A DNA stretch of 64,000 nt from the NCBI GenBank assembly GCA_047495785.1, contig JBLDXI010000009.1, positions 2,728,001-2,792,000 of the forward strand. Direction: 5' to 3'. The position numbers were made by a program, and so were the translations under genes. Within the stretch, counting starts at the first letter, position 1; every line of letters starts with the position of its first letter. Origin of the DNA: Lepidodermella squamata. Its lineage: Eukaryota; Animalia; Gastrotricha. This document shows positions 52,401-64,000 of this stretch, in pieces. A model generated the notes under the pieces. That model ran no database searches and was not told the origin of the DNA. It worked only from the letters and a program-made list of their open reading frames with translations.

Positions 52401-54175
52401 TGACAACTAAAACTTATTGGAATTATTGGAAATGGTAGTTTTTCGCGGGAGGTGAATTAAAATCTAGTTCACAATTAATTCGATAGCAGTTCATGGATCC
52501 CTAAATACGTCTGAGGTGACATAAAGCCGCTAATTCTTGATTTGCTCGAAATTGCCGAAAAGTGGAGCCCTTGTTGTATTGGAAAAATTGTTGATCTAAT
52601 TTTCTGTGCTGCGCTCTTGATACTATCATTATGTTACATCCAACACTCCGATCTGGCTATAATCGCTTTGAATAGAGGCAATGTCATAACAAAGATTGCG
52701 GAGTTTTTTTATTGTCTAGCCGCCGCGCTTGCAGTCTGGACCAATTCATTAAAATCCAGACTGCAGACGCTGGGGAGGCAATGTCTTATGACTGATTAAT
52801 CGAAGTTTCACCTCAGAAAGGCTGCAGCGTTTGGCATTTTTCATCATCAGAAAGACTAAACAAACTAACTTTAGTACCTAGTTACAAGGAACCTGCCACG
52901 CCTGTCAAACAAATTAGATCAGCGGCCCAGTTTATTAAAGTGAGAAATCGAATAATTCCAATTTGAACGAATATTGACGTTGATGTCACCATGATGTTCA
53001 GGCGTTACATGACGTTAGCGTCGTTAATTAACTCGAATTTGGGCCTGTTTACGTCAGTTTTAAGGTGATAGGTGACAGGTAGTGGCATTTTTTTTACGCG
53101 AAATATGAGACAAAAACAACTTTGAATTTAAATTGCCACCTAGCAATTCAGAACTGAAATAAACAAGACTAAATCCGACGATAACGATAACAAAAATATT
53201 TAAAAAATTCGACTAGTAAGGCAAACAAAGAAAATTCACGGAAATGGCTTCGGAAACTCTATAATGATAGGCCAAGTCCTTTCTTATGGCCATAATAATC
53301 TTGAAAAATTCATAAAGCCATGAGAATAGTGATCAAGTATGTCACATGTCAATGGGATGAACAAATATCCGGATAAATTTGGTCCAACCAGGTAAAAAAA
53401 CGAAGATTACCGAACCAGTTACATCAGGTGTTTCCGGGTTTTCTCCGGTAAATTTCTAAGTTTTTCGGTAATAAATCGCGGATAAAGGATGGAAGATTAT
53501 TCCTGTACGTTCAACGTCGCAAAATTAGCCAAATTTCCTGAGAAAATTGAAAATCCAAGATATGGCTGCGCAACTTTTGTTTCATTCTTTTTCAAATTAC
53601 TATTGGGTATTGGGCATACTCATTTGAGCTGCTAGAATTGAAGTTCCACCACTAAATATACGCGCATTTTTCCGATTTTTTCGATCTCGGCTGTTTCTGT
53701 TTTTAATCGATACTGATACCCCCTCCCCTCCCCATTGCTCTGGAATTTCTTATCTAGCTACTAGGTAAAATATTGAGACTCTTTGGGAAATAATTATAGC
53801 TCAAAAAAATGTAGAAAATTTTTATCGCTCCAACCCTAAAAACTTAATATTCTAAGAAAACAATTAATGCAATATTTTCTCTTCTAAAGCTTCTGTTTTG
53901 AATTTTTCTTTCATTCTTCTTGATAGCATGTTTCAGCGTTGACCAAATACCGCGATATTCCATGTCTCGTCATTCGTTGTTCTTTCATCCTGGAGCCCGG
54001 TGCCCTGCCGCCGAAACAGAAGCGCCAGGTCATGTTCACGCTGGACACGCGCAATCTCTACCCGCCGGAAGGACCGAAGGACAAACCCGTTAAAATTGCG
54101 GCCATGCGAGCCGCCCGCGTCAGCGAGTATCGAAGCGCCGAGACGCCGCTGCCAGCCATTATTTTGGCACCTTGA
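46451..54175 (+). CDS. Protein with long low-complexity N-terminus, three winged-helix (LOTUS/OST-HTH-like) repeats and a C-terminal extended Tudor domain (TDRD5/7-like architecture); exons 46451-46739, 46793-47554, 47879-49331, 50073-50388, 53927-54175
   Basis: Phase-consistent GT-AG junctions. Tudor pattern: GMVSFVSMESRRVFIYF..VGRFVLFYDEDSDSFGRGCVL..ILDIDTG..HVSALTKYRDIPCLVIRCSF. Three repeats end F.E.L....IF.F......L. Confidence 0.7.
51617..52331. mobile_element. Non-autonomous hAT element (715 bp) with 15-bp TIRs and a perfect 8-bp TSD
   Basis: TIRs CAGCGTTTCCCAAAC / GTTTGGGAACCGCTG; TSD GATTAAAG at 51609-51616 and 52332-52339; subterminal GTGTCCTA/TAGGACAC repeats. Confidence 0.9.
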
Positions 54176-54756
54176 AAGCAGCGAAAAATTATCGACCTGA
54201 AATGTAATCTGACACTTGATATTCGTACAAATCGTTGTTCACCCAATTTTGTATAATCGTTTTCATGATGCTGGTTGTATTAGGCGCGGAGTGTGTATTA
54301 TCTGAATCTCAGGACAAAGTTGTTTTCTTTCCGCTCATCTGCGTTCTTGCTCCGTGTCGCGTTTATCTGTGCTAAAAATTGAATAAAGTCGGTCATGTCC
54401 GATCGCCGGAGAATAAAATGACAAATTGGGATGTCTTCGCCTTCGTTAACTTTGAAAATTAACCGGGTAAATGTAGATTGGAAATCTGATTATATTAGCG
54501 AGCGCTCAAAACAAATCGTGGGCAAAAGCTGCCACGTATGTGGACTTGTTCCAGAAAACTGACAAATTAGACAGAAATAAACGCGTCAAGGCACCTTGCC
54601 ATGGTCTGATGACACTGAAATGTTATGCTTCATAAATTGCTTTCGACACTGGTGGACAGCCGCAGACGTCATTGATCAAATTGGCCAACTACTGCAGACC
54701 TTCAAATTATTCTAAGCTGATTTTTTGTTCAAAATTCGGCGTTTTAATCTGTCATA

Positions 54757-54947
54757 ATCTCATCTAGAAGGCTGAGATTACTTTGCTGGTATAAACAGGA
54801 GTCTTTCCCTATTTTCATCAAGTTCTATCCAACGTCCGGGACCTTTTAGGTTTCCAGGGCTTCATGTTTCATGAATGTTCATTACTTCGTGTTTTTACCA
54901 GCAATTTGATAACAGGGTAAGTATAATCTCAGCCTTCTAGATGAGAT
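54757..54947. repeat. Short foldback: perfect 24-bp inverted repeat plus an imperfect inner stem
   Basis: ATCTCATCTAGAAGGCTGAGATTA (54757-54780) and TAATCTCAGCCTTCTAGATGAGAT (54924-54947); inner TTGCTGGTATAAACA / TGTTTTTACCAGCAA. Confidence 0.8.
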
Positions 54948-56741
54948 GTGATTCTTACGCGGATTTGAAAGCAGAATATTATGATCGACAAATGTCGAAT
55001 TACGGAAGCGGAAAGCAGTTTATGTACTATCTACTCAGATGAGGTAAGTCGTAATTGATTCATTGGCGACGGATATTTAACATGCGATGAGCGCCAATCA
55101 CATATAATCAGTCCTTTTAGCAGCTGGAAGTATCCCAATGTCGACGCTGGAGTCATAGAAGCATAGGCTCAAAAGGTAGGGAAACCTCGATTTCCATTGT
55201 GTATTTTCAATGAGAATCAAAGCAGTTGAGATATCTGCTGGAAATCGACTGTAAAACAAAACAGCGCCGATCTCTACCGTATTTCTACCGTAGTGAAAGC
55301 ATTGCCGTTGAGTACTATATTGAAGTAAGAAGTAAAATAAGAAGTAAAATATCAGTGGAATTTTCATTTATTTCCTAAATAATTTCGAATATTTTTTAAA
55401 GAATAATTTTATTATTTTTATTTTGACGCTAATATTATTATGCTTTATACGTGATAATTTTTTCATCCGACAATATTAATTTCATGCGGAATTGGGAAAT
55501 GGTGACTTAAAACATCAACTATGGCAACTTTTCCATGCTTTGCCAATGTCTCATGTTTTTAGAATGATTTTGAATTCGGGTAACAACGCTTTCCTCTGGC
55601 ATTGCTTATGACAGTAGGTTTGGACAACCGCAGACATCATCGATTGATGGCCACCTTATTAATGCGGACGTTCAAATTAATAAAATGCGCTTGTTCGCCG
55701 CCTTTTTGGCACATGAATCGACACATGGTTAATTAATCTGTAAGCTTTGGGACGATTTTTATTCGATTTAATTGGCATGCCTCTTGGTTAGGAAATATTG
55801 AAAAGAATTGATAACACGTGCTCTCATGGTTTCACCATCAGGGATTAGACTTGAAAGAAGCAGGTTGGGAACAGTTAACAATATTCGGGCACTTTCCAGC
55901 CATATTAGCCAAGGCGTAATATTGGTCGCCAATACATTTTTTGGTTAAAAAATCAGCTTGATGAGACAACTAATTTCCAATTCAGGGCCCCCTTTTACCC
56001 GCCTACAACAATCGCATTTCCCTTGATCAAATAGTTTCGGAGAGGCAACACTTTTATTTGGAATTACCCAGATGTCAGATGACATTTGTACGTGAATTAA
56101 CCTGGCACCTGGAGGTCGCGCTTGATGGCCGAAATTCTCACTCAATGACCGTTTTGACGTTTGCCATGCGTTTGCCTCTGACAGATTCGCTAATTCGCTT
56201 TTTTACTGTTTACAGATCAAGAGCAAAATCATTTTTCATGAGATATCCATAGCTATGGAAAGGTCGCTAATTTAATGGGCATCGGCTTTAGACTGTAAAC
56301 AAAAAATCACCAAGCGCAACCGAAAGGATCCAAATAGGTTTCAGCGATTAAATTAAATAAAAATCGACAAAAATTCCGAGATGACGTGGGAAAATCGGGC
56401 GTTGGATGGATGCCATACGTAGTTGTTGATATGACGTGATCGAGATCAGCCACATAATCAGTCGGATATGGCATCCCAAACCCTCGGACAACGTCATAAA
56501 ATGGACCACATTCCACATTGTCTGCCGAATGGATCATCCAGACAGGAATATCAAGTGCCATTTTATTAGCCTGCTTAATCGAACTGATTATTCGTACCCA
56601 TTTTAAAAGCATTGCCCAGGCTCTGTCATGCAAAGCCTGGAGAGGCTTATGGCGCGATCTGTGGAGGGTGACACCTTAGGCCTCAACTTGCATGCTAGCC
56701 GAGATTGGGATAGGGGAATCGATGATTTTATGCGGAACGGG

Positions 56742-56847
56742 ATTCGCAGTTTTAGCAATTTACTTTCGTTTCAATCAATTTTTCATTTATCATTATTCGC
56801 AGTTTTAGCAATTTACTTTCGTTTCAATCAATTTTTCATTTATCATT
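56742..56847. repeat. Perfect tandem duplication, 2 x 53 bp
   Basis: ATTCGCAGTTTTAGCAATTTACTTTCGTTTCAATCAATTTTTCATTTATCATT starts at both 56742 and 56795. Confidence 0.9.
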
Positions 56848-57899
56848 CTGGAATTGTGCACTGAATGACTTCTTAAGAGCACCAGACCACGAGCAGAATG
56901 GCCGCTCAAATTATTAAATCTTCGCACGAGGACAAAAAATCTTGTATTAACGCTACGTCGGTTTAGGAAAAAGAGGTTATTTCCTGCTAATCATAAGGAT
57001 TGATCATGTTGACGGTTTGTCGGATGCACATACCTTACAGCCGCGATAGCTATACAGTGGCAATTGAATTGAAAACGCGCTAAGTTGCCAGTCATCTTCG
57101 CTATAGAGTACAATGATCACGTACTAGCTATCACGTAAGTATTATCGCACGTGTACAAATCGCTTTAACGCACAAATCCCACGTACAACTAGGTATAGGT
57201 TTCATAAAACTTGATTGAGGTGTAGATTCAATCTAGTACATAAAGCAGTGTGCACCACCCAGACCGACACGAAGAAAGGTGAGAGAAAGGGTGAAACGGC
57301 GTTCATTCATACCCACCAATTTATATTCCTGATAATCCACCGGTGGGCACCAAAAACCAAAATATTTGTCGATTGGGCGAATTATCACACATTCGAAATG
57401 TTAATCGAATATGTTATATGATTGAAAAAATAAGATTTCCCACCAATTCGACCTCCGTTTTGCTTGACACGCACAACGGGTTAATTTTTACTAAAATAAA
57501 TGTCACAACAGACTGCATCAATCTAAAATGTTTAGTCTTTCTGACGATGTCAAACGCTACAGTATTTCCGACGTGAAATTTGAATAATCAGCCAAAATAC
57601 CGCCCCAGTGACTGGATTTCGGGCGTCGCCGTCAAAAATTAAATCCAGACTGCAGACGCAGCGGCCAGACGATTGAAAAATTCAAGCAAATATCCTTATC
57701 CGAACATGTCTCTTCTACTTCAAATCAAGCAAATGAGATCACAAACAAATTGAGCGAATTTCATTAGGATGAATGATAGATGGAATTTAGTTCAATTCTT
57801 AAGGTTATATTATTAGAGAACTCGTTTTGTAACATAACTCAGTCAAAGATCTTAAGACCAGGCTAGAATGAAAAATATCAGCAAAAGAGTTGTCCAGCG

Positions 57900-58150
57900 T
57901 CTGAATCAAGTTTACAAGGCTATCGCTTATAACGGTTTTAACGGACTCTAGAATCTGGACAATATAGACAATTAGCGAAGTTTGCATGCCTACTGAGAGA
58001 CATGGTTGAAGTGGAGACATTAGGATTCTATCAAATTTTGTTGCAGCGGTTGCAGCGGATACTCGAAAGATTATCTTGCGATGACCAGTCAAGCATGAAA
58101 ATAAGCGCTTCTAGTTGTCCAGATCAAGTTCATGAAGTTCATGAAGTTCA
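57900..58150 (-). mobile_element. Possible decayed 3' end of a non-LTR retrotransposon ORF2
   Basis: Broken frames read LFSCLTGH...PCLS...CLYCP, resembling the LTGH + CCHC knuckle at the end of non-LTR ORF2. Stops and frameshifts are present. Confidence 0.3.
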
Positions 58151-58619
58151 CATATTACGATAAAAGTTCAGGCCATAAATATCCCAGGACAAAGACTGAA
58201 CCAATTTCATTAGGACGCTTCATGGCACCAAATCTTTGCTAACCGATTGTGGCACCTGATCTAGCACAGCATATAACCTAGTTGAGTAAACGGACCCCGG
58301 AATTACGATTGTTGCCCTTTTCTCGAATTTTTGTCGCTTAACAGGGCAAAACTCGCTGCAAATGGTCGAACTTCTCGAAGAAACGGGAAACGAACTGCCA
58401 ATCAGGTTGTAATTAACATGAATTCATATCGGCTAAATTTATTGTCGAAATAGTTGGGATTCTTAGAAATTGACAGCAAAATACCCAAAAAAGCTTTAGC
58501 TATAAGTCACAGTTTTACTTGAGTTAACACCTTACATTCGATAAAGAATAAACCGGATCAAAGCGATACGTTGAAAGATTACAAAGTTGACACAGAATGA
58601 GAGAGGTAAAGCGTTCCGT

Positions 58620-60004
58620 TCAGGAGGATCCGTGGAACAAGGCGCTGTAAATCGACAACACCTGCTCGAAAGGGAATTTCGCTTCATTGCTGTGAGCGGC
58701 AACTGCGGACGACGCCAGAGAAGAAGATGCGACTTCATAAGTGGCGACTGGGCGATGGGGCTGGATAGGCTTATTCGAGCCTCTGTCGCTGCTATCAGGA
58801 AAGCTGCAAGTGCTGTTGTTGCCACTACGCAAATTTTCGCGATGGCACCGGCGTCTGTGCATGTAAAGGTAGCTCACCGAGGCGAAAAAGGTTCCGCAGA
58901 ATTCGCAGTTGAATTGGCCAGAGCTAGAGCTGCTGCTTGCCTGCATTGATCCAGTCACTTGTTGCGACTTGTTATCTCCACTATTTGCGCGGCGGCCGGA
59001 TGAACATTCGCCCAGAAAACAGATTTTGCTTTTGATATGTTCCGTCAGTGAACGCTTGTGCTTGAAAGCTTTTTTACAAGTTTCGCATTGAAATTGCCGC
59101 CCAACTGTATGTACGTAGCGATGCGCGAAAAGTGTAGACGCCCGAGCGAATCCTACAAATAAAATATTTATCATTTTTGAAGTGGATTGAAAGCTTTCAG
59201 ACTATTTTCAGACTTGAAAACGCATGTCTCAAAATATGGAAAAAATATGGAGTTGAAAATTTGAGTAAGGTACACAGAAAGCGTCGTACCTTTTCGGCAA
59301 ATTTCGCAGACGAATGGACGCTCCTTGCTGTGGGTCATCAAATGTTGGGTCAAGTAATGCTTCTGCTTGAAGTTCGTTCCACAAACGTGACAAGAAAACG
59401 CAGCGTTGCTACTCGTTGATTGCTGAGATTTCGTATCAAGCTCCGCCGCTTTGACCTTTTCTTCCTGATTAGCAATAGGTTGATCGCTTGACTCCAGTTT
59501 CACTTGATCCGGGGCTTGACGAGCTGGTATATGAGCCATTTCCCTATGGAGTCGGAACAACTCTTCACCCTTGTAGCTTTTGAAACAGATATCGCAGGTG
59601 AAAACAGGTCGATCTGGAGCGTGAATCAGCCATTTATGCCTTCGAAGGTGATAGGCGTAGCGGAAAGCTTTCGGGCACGCATCACACGGAAATTCTTTCG
59701 GGAATTCAGACTCGGACTGGTGGATCTTCTCGTGGCGGCGTAGCTTGCTCGGAAATCGAAACGACATTCCACAAGCTTGGCACTTGATCTTGGCCGCAGT
59801 TTCCGAAACATTACCATCGCCTGATAATTCGGACGCTGCCCGACTTGAGGACAATACCATGGAAATTGGTTCATCGTCATCACTGAAAGTAACCACGTCG
59901 ATATGCCCGTCGTCATCGCTCAGGTCATCTTGATTCCGATTGGTATTGCTGCTCGAGGAATCACTTCGACTGCGTTTCGAAGAAACAAACTTATCATCGA
60001 TCAT
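58620..60004 (-). CDS. C2H2 zinc-finger transcription factor (~7 fingers); exons 60004-59290 and 59152-58620
   Basis: CQAC..HEKIH, CDAC..HKWLIH, CDIC..HREMAH, CHVC..HLMTH-SKERPF, CEICRK|GF..HRYVH, CETC..HIKSKIC and CEFC..HRRRCH. Confidence 0.9.
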
Positions 60005-63000
60005 TTTTTCGAAAAAAAGACTAGTTCCAATTTTGCGTTACACTAAATTTTTATGAGAAATGTAAAAATTGATCTGATTGTTTTATGAGTAAGGGAGAGT
60101 TGTTGATTTCAATAAGCTTTTATGTGAGCTGACAGACATCGGATCCTCATCAAGATTGATGCACGGATGATGAAAGACAAGCTGTGACAGGGTTAATTAT
60201 CGCGCTCTAATGAAATGTGCACGCGGATCCCCACCAAACGAGTAAAAAGTGTATCAAAGCACCTCATGCTCGCTATTTTGAGGGGCACCGGAAAGAGGAA
60301 AAAAACAGCGGTGTCAAATAAGATAAATCGATGGATGCATCTAACAGTAAGGTAGCGGTGAAAGCAATAAAAAATATCAAATTTCTGTGCTCAAACTCTT
60401 CACCTGCTGGCTGAATAGCTTTTAGAATTATTAGTTTTTTGCTCCTCATGCCATGTCAGTGGTCAAAATGGTTGCTTTTAGAAATATGAGGTGCTCGTAG
60501 GCTGCGTTAAATTCGATTTTTTCACCTTCGCGTGTAAGTCACGTAAATGTACCGCTTAGACCTTAGACATACCTGAACGATAAGTGCGCGGACTCTGATT
60601 GCTGCCACGACATAGCTGCCTCATCTTCATTTGTACAGTGGGTGTTCGCAGGCGCATCCGTCGAATGTCTAACGTCGTCAAATGTTTCAGTTCCGCGATC
60701 TAACGCCACGACGTTCGTAATGTACGTTCGCCTACGCCCAGGCGTCGTTTGCTTGGATCGCATGTCCGACTCCTAATGGACACGAGGACACCCTGGAGAT
60801 TGTAAGAGATAATTTGTACAAAAAGAGGTTCAGCAAAAAGACGTTGCTTGAAAACAAGAACTGGCCAAAAACGATGACTTAGAATGTAGCGGATAGTGAT
60901 TTATAATGCTGCAGTGTGAGGGCAATAAAATTCGAGAAAATGCGCCATGACCCAGACAGCCGATGTCGCGACAGCAAGTAAAAAAATAACAATTGTATCA
61001 TCATTCATTTTTCCTCATCGAGCTCGTTGGCTGCCTAACCTTTCAAGTTCATACTACGGTAAATTCACTTCAAATCAACATTAATCAAACTGAGGATTTT
61101 CATACGTGTTTGATAATGTTTAATTGCCGTAATTTCATATTCATTTTTTATCAGTTTCATAAATGGTGACACGGTAAAAAAAATGTGCACTTCGCAAGAA
61201 TCAGTTCAGATCAGTCAAGATTTTACCAGCAAGACAAATTATCGCAACATGTCCCTAAAATGACATTTTTGGGAACAACATCACATTATTTGCTAATCTC
61301 CTAACTAACCCTTGAATCTCTAATAATACTTGTCACATGCAACGCTAATATTAGGTACTTATCGAAACGAATCATCTTTAGATAAGACGTAGTTCACTGA
61401 AGCATTCCGACATCCTGACGTGATTGTCAGTGGTTGTCGGTGGTCAAATCAGCTGCAGTGTTAATTTTGTACACAGCCTGGGTTGTACAGGGCAGTTAAT
61501 ATATTGATCATTGCTCATCGACTTATTATCGGGCAACTCTGACACTGAAACTGTAATCGACTACTTTTCCAATTTGTCCGCAGCTGATGTAACTCACCTA
61601 AAATACAGAACAACTCAGGCTGAAAAGTAAAGTCAACCAGGTTTTCGGCACTTGAGTTACGTTGAGTTACAGCTATATCAATTATCTTGTATCACTTCAC
61701 CCAAGGCGAAACTGTCACACCTCCGTACGAAGTGTCCAACAATTATCTTTCCACGGACCCCACAGATATAATCAAAGAGAAACAGTATGGACAATTCGTG
61801 AAGTTGTCGCGTTCGATTAATTTTGTCATCGCAATTTTGTCATCGCACCCTAGCTCTTCCTAAAATAAATTTTCTCATAAGCGGGTAATTGAACAATTTT
61901 CGTGCGTGGCTGGGGATAAATTTGCACTAGTCTTAGGATGAACAACAGCGCCACATAACCTTCCTAATTATCGACCATTTGGGACACGTAAAGGCAAGTG
62001 CTATGTGTAGAAACGACGAGTCTTAGGCTAGGTCAAGCCGCGTTAAGACATATCCCAGTAAATGTTGGAAATAAGTCGGAATAAGTGAAAAAAATCGCCA
62101 GCCATGCACCCTTTTGATTATGTGATTTTGTGCAAGGAGACATATAAATCCATCGTAGAATTTCTCTCCAACGAATTGATGGGCGAGATTCTCATCTACT
62201 TTATCACGCTTCTTTTATTCTTTTATCGACGGTAATTCCGATTGAAGAAAGGTCGGGGGAATGTAGTGTCAGAAAGATGTTCTGAACTAGGCGATGTCGG
62301 TGTTCATCTTGCTTATTACTCGATATTGCCCACGTACGTCGGGGTTATATGGCAGGGGGTGTCACGTATCTCACACATAGACATAATATCAGTCTATTTT
62401 GTCTAAGATCTCGCATAATCTTCTAGCGTATCAAATTTTTTAGACGTCGTAAGTTGAAAGCCTCTGTTATGCCACCTTACCGGAAATCAATTTTCGACCT
62501 GATGTGCCCCAAGGCAAATTGCACGAAGTACGTGGGGGGTTTTGACAGAGCTAAACTATCCGTAGGGACTTTTCAGTGCTGCATCCTTTCATCAAAACAT
62601 GAGAGAATGAACGTCATCAATACGGAAATCAATGCGGAAAAGTTAGCAATTTTGGGACCGTGCGAAGGACATTTTCGCCTGTTACGCAGCTTTGCTTACT
62701 GCGATTCAATACAAAGTATCTCCATGTTGAACACGTTTCTCATGTGCCATATAGGACTCTAGAACGTCCATCAGGTGTCACGTTGCTTGCATAACATTCT
62801 TTGAGCTTGTTATACTTTTCTAGGATTGCCGTCGTCGCAGTCGGCGGAGCCACCTTCTACTTAAAAGCCCATCTCATTACGTCCGGCTTGATGTGAAGTG
62901 ACTAATAACTATTCTGCAATCAATTTTCGACCTGATGCTGTACCCAGATGTCCCCGGAACTAATTGGGCGAAGTAACGTAGGCGATGTCTGACCGAGCTA

Positions 63001-64000
63001 ATCTATTCGCGGCAGCTTTCATCAGCACAGGAGTATGGACGTCTGCTGCTGATAAAAGCGGAGAAGGCCGCGCTACTCTCAGGCGAATGTTACGGAAGGA
63101 TTTGTTCGCTGACAGTTTGCTTTGAATTGCACGCAGTCGATGAAGGAAGTCCGATTTTGAGACGCCTCTGTGCAACATGGATATCACAGCATTTTCTCCA
63201 AGCCTGCATAATATGTTAATTTGCCGCGCTCGTCTCTGTAGAAGGAATGATGGGGATACTATAGTTCTGTCCCTAGCCCTAGGTCAAAAGTGAAAATGAC
63301 CGGCTCGAAACGTACAGCAGACTTCTGTATCTGGAACAGAAAAGCTCTCATAAAGTAAATTTGCATTTCGAATGACAATTAGCATGTTGGAAAAATGATT
63401 CGAGAAAACGCTGTCTTTCGCTGCCGTAAAAAATTGAGTTTTCTGGCCTGCTATTTGTCAGCCGTTGATCGCATGAATATGGGCGATGTCTCGAACAAAA
63501 CAAACGAGAGTCCTCTTTCAAACGGATGAAGGCTCTTGAGCGAATTCCATGAATTGAGCGAAAAATCTTCAATCAATTTATTTCTAATTAATGTCGTTTT
63601 TCGAATTTTCAATTATGCCTCTATCAATTTACGACAGCGGTTTGAGACCCAAAATTGGGTCGCAGGGGCTTTTCTGATGGATCGCTGGGCGCTGGGTGGA
63701 CCGCGGGTCGCATGGGTCGCAATGCGAAAATAGATGTAAAAAAACTAAATGAATGATTAGTAATGAGATAATAGTTAAAAATGACTTGTTATCACTTTTT
63801 CCAGTTCTAAAGAACATGCTTTTTCAACACTGTCAGCTCTGAAACTTATTAACCAGCTAATTCTGAATTTTAAGTTTTCTCTCTATCCAGGCCAGTGTGC
63901 GACTTTCAAAGGGAATGGAGGATGGTATCATCCCCTCAGCTCGGCCAGACCGCAGACGAACATGAACTTTAGCCCACTGTTTAGTCAATTCTATCAGGTT

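Noticed and set aside
60082-60100. TTATGAGTAAGG match to the 5' part of U12 snRNA
   Set aside because: Only a 12-nt match, with no Sm site or stem-loops.

Overview
This is eukaryotic (invertebrate animal) genomic DNA: AT-rich, with many short (~45-60 nt) introns and frequent TTTCAG/TTTTAG acceptors. It looks nematode-like, but the taxon cannot be fixed from sequence alone. Spliced by eye, the left arm (minus strand) holds a catalytically dead astacin-EGF-CUB-kringle protein with extra Cys-rich repeats, two tandem clan-3-like cytochrome P450s, three intronless secreted orphan proteins sharing D[P/L]R motifs, and an aminergic-type GPCR. In that GPCR the amine-binding Asp3.32 is Arg and the C-tail is ~600 aa. 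CaMKK and Tbx1 follow on the plus strand. Then come two divergent, tightly spaced gene pairs (PSMG2 then a membrane-anchored EHD/dynamin-like GTPase; MGST3 then a winged-helix/LOTUS-like + Tudor protein) whose junctions look like trans-spliced operons, and finally a C2H2 zinc-finger gene. Introns carry MITEs, a hAT element with an intact 8-bp TSD, a Harbinger-like Myb/SANT relic and two dispersed repeat families. The best candidates for new biology are the LOTUS/Tudor protein carrying eIF4G-type PABP-binding and PPPGF (GYF-binding) motifs, the Asp3.32Arg receptor, the pseudo-astacin, the DPR secreted family and the operon-like junctions. All exon models are manual and unverified by transcripts.
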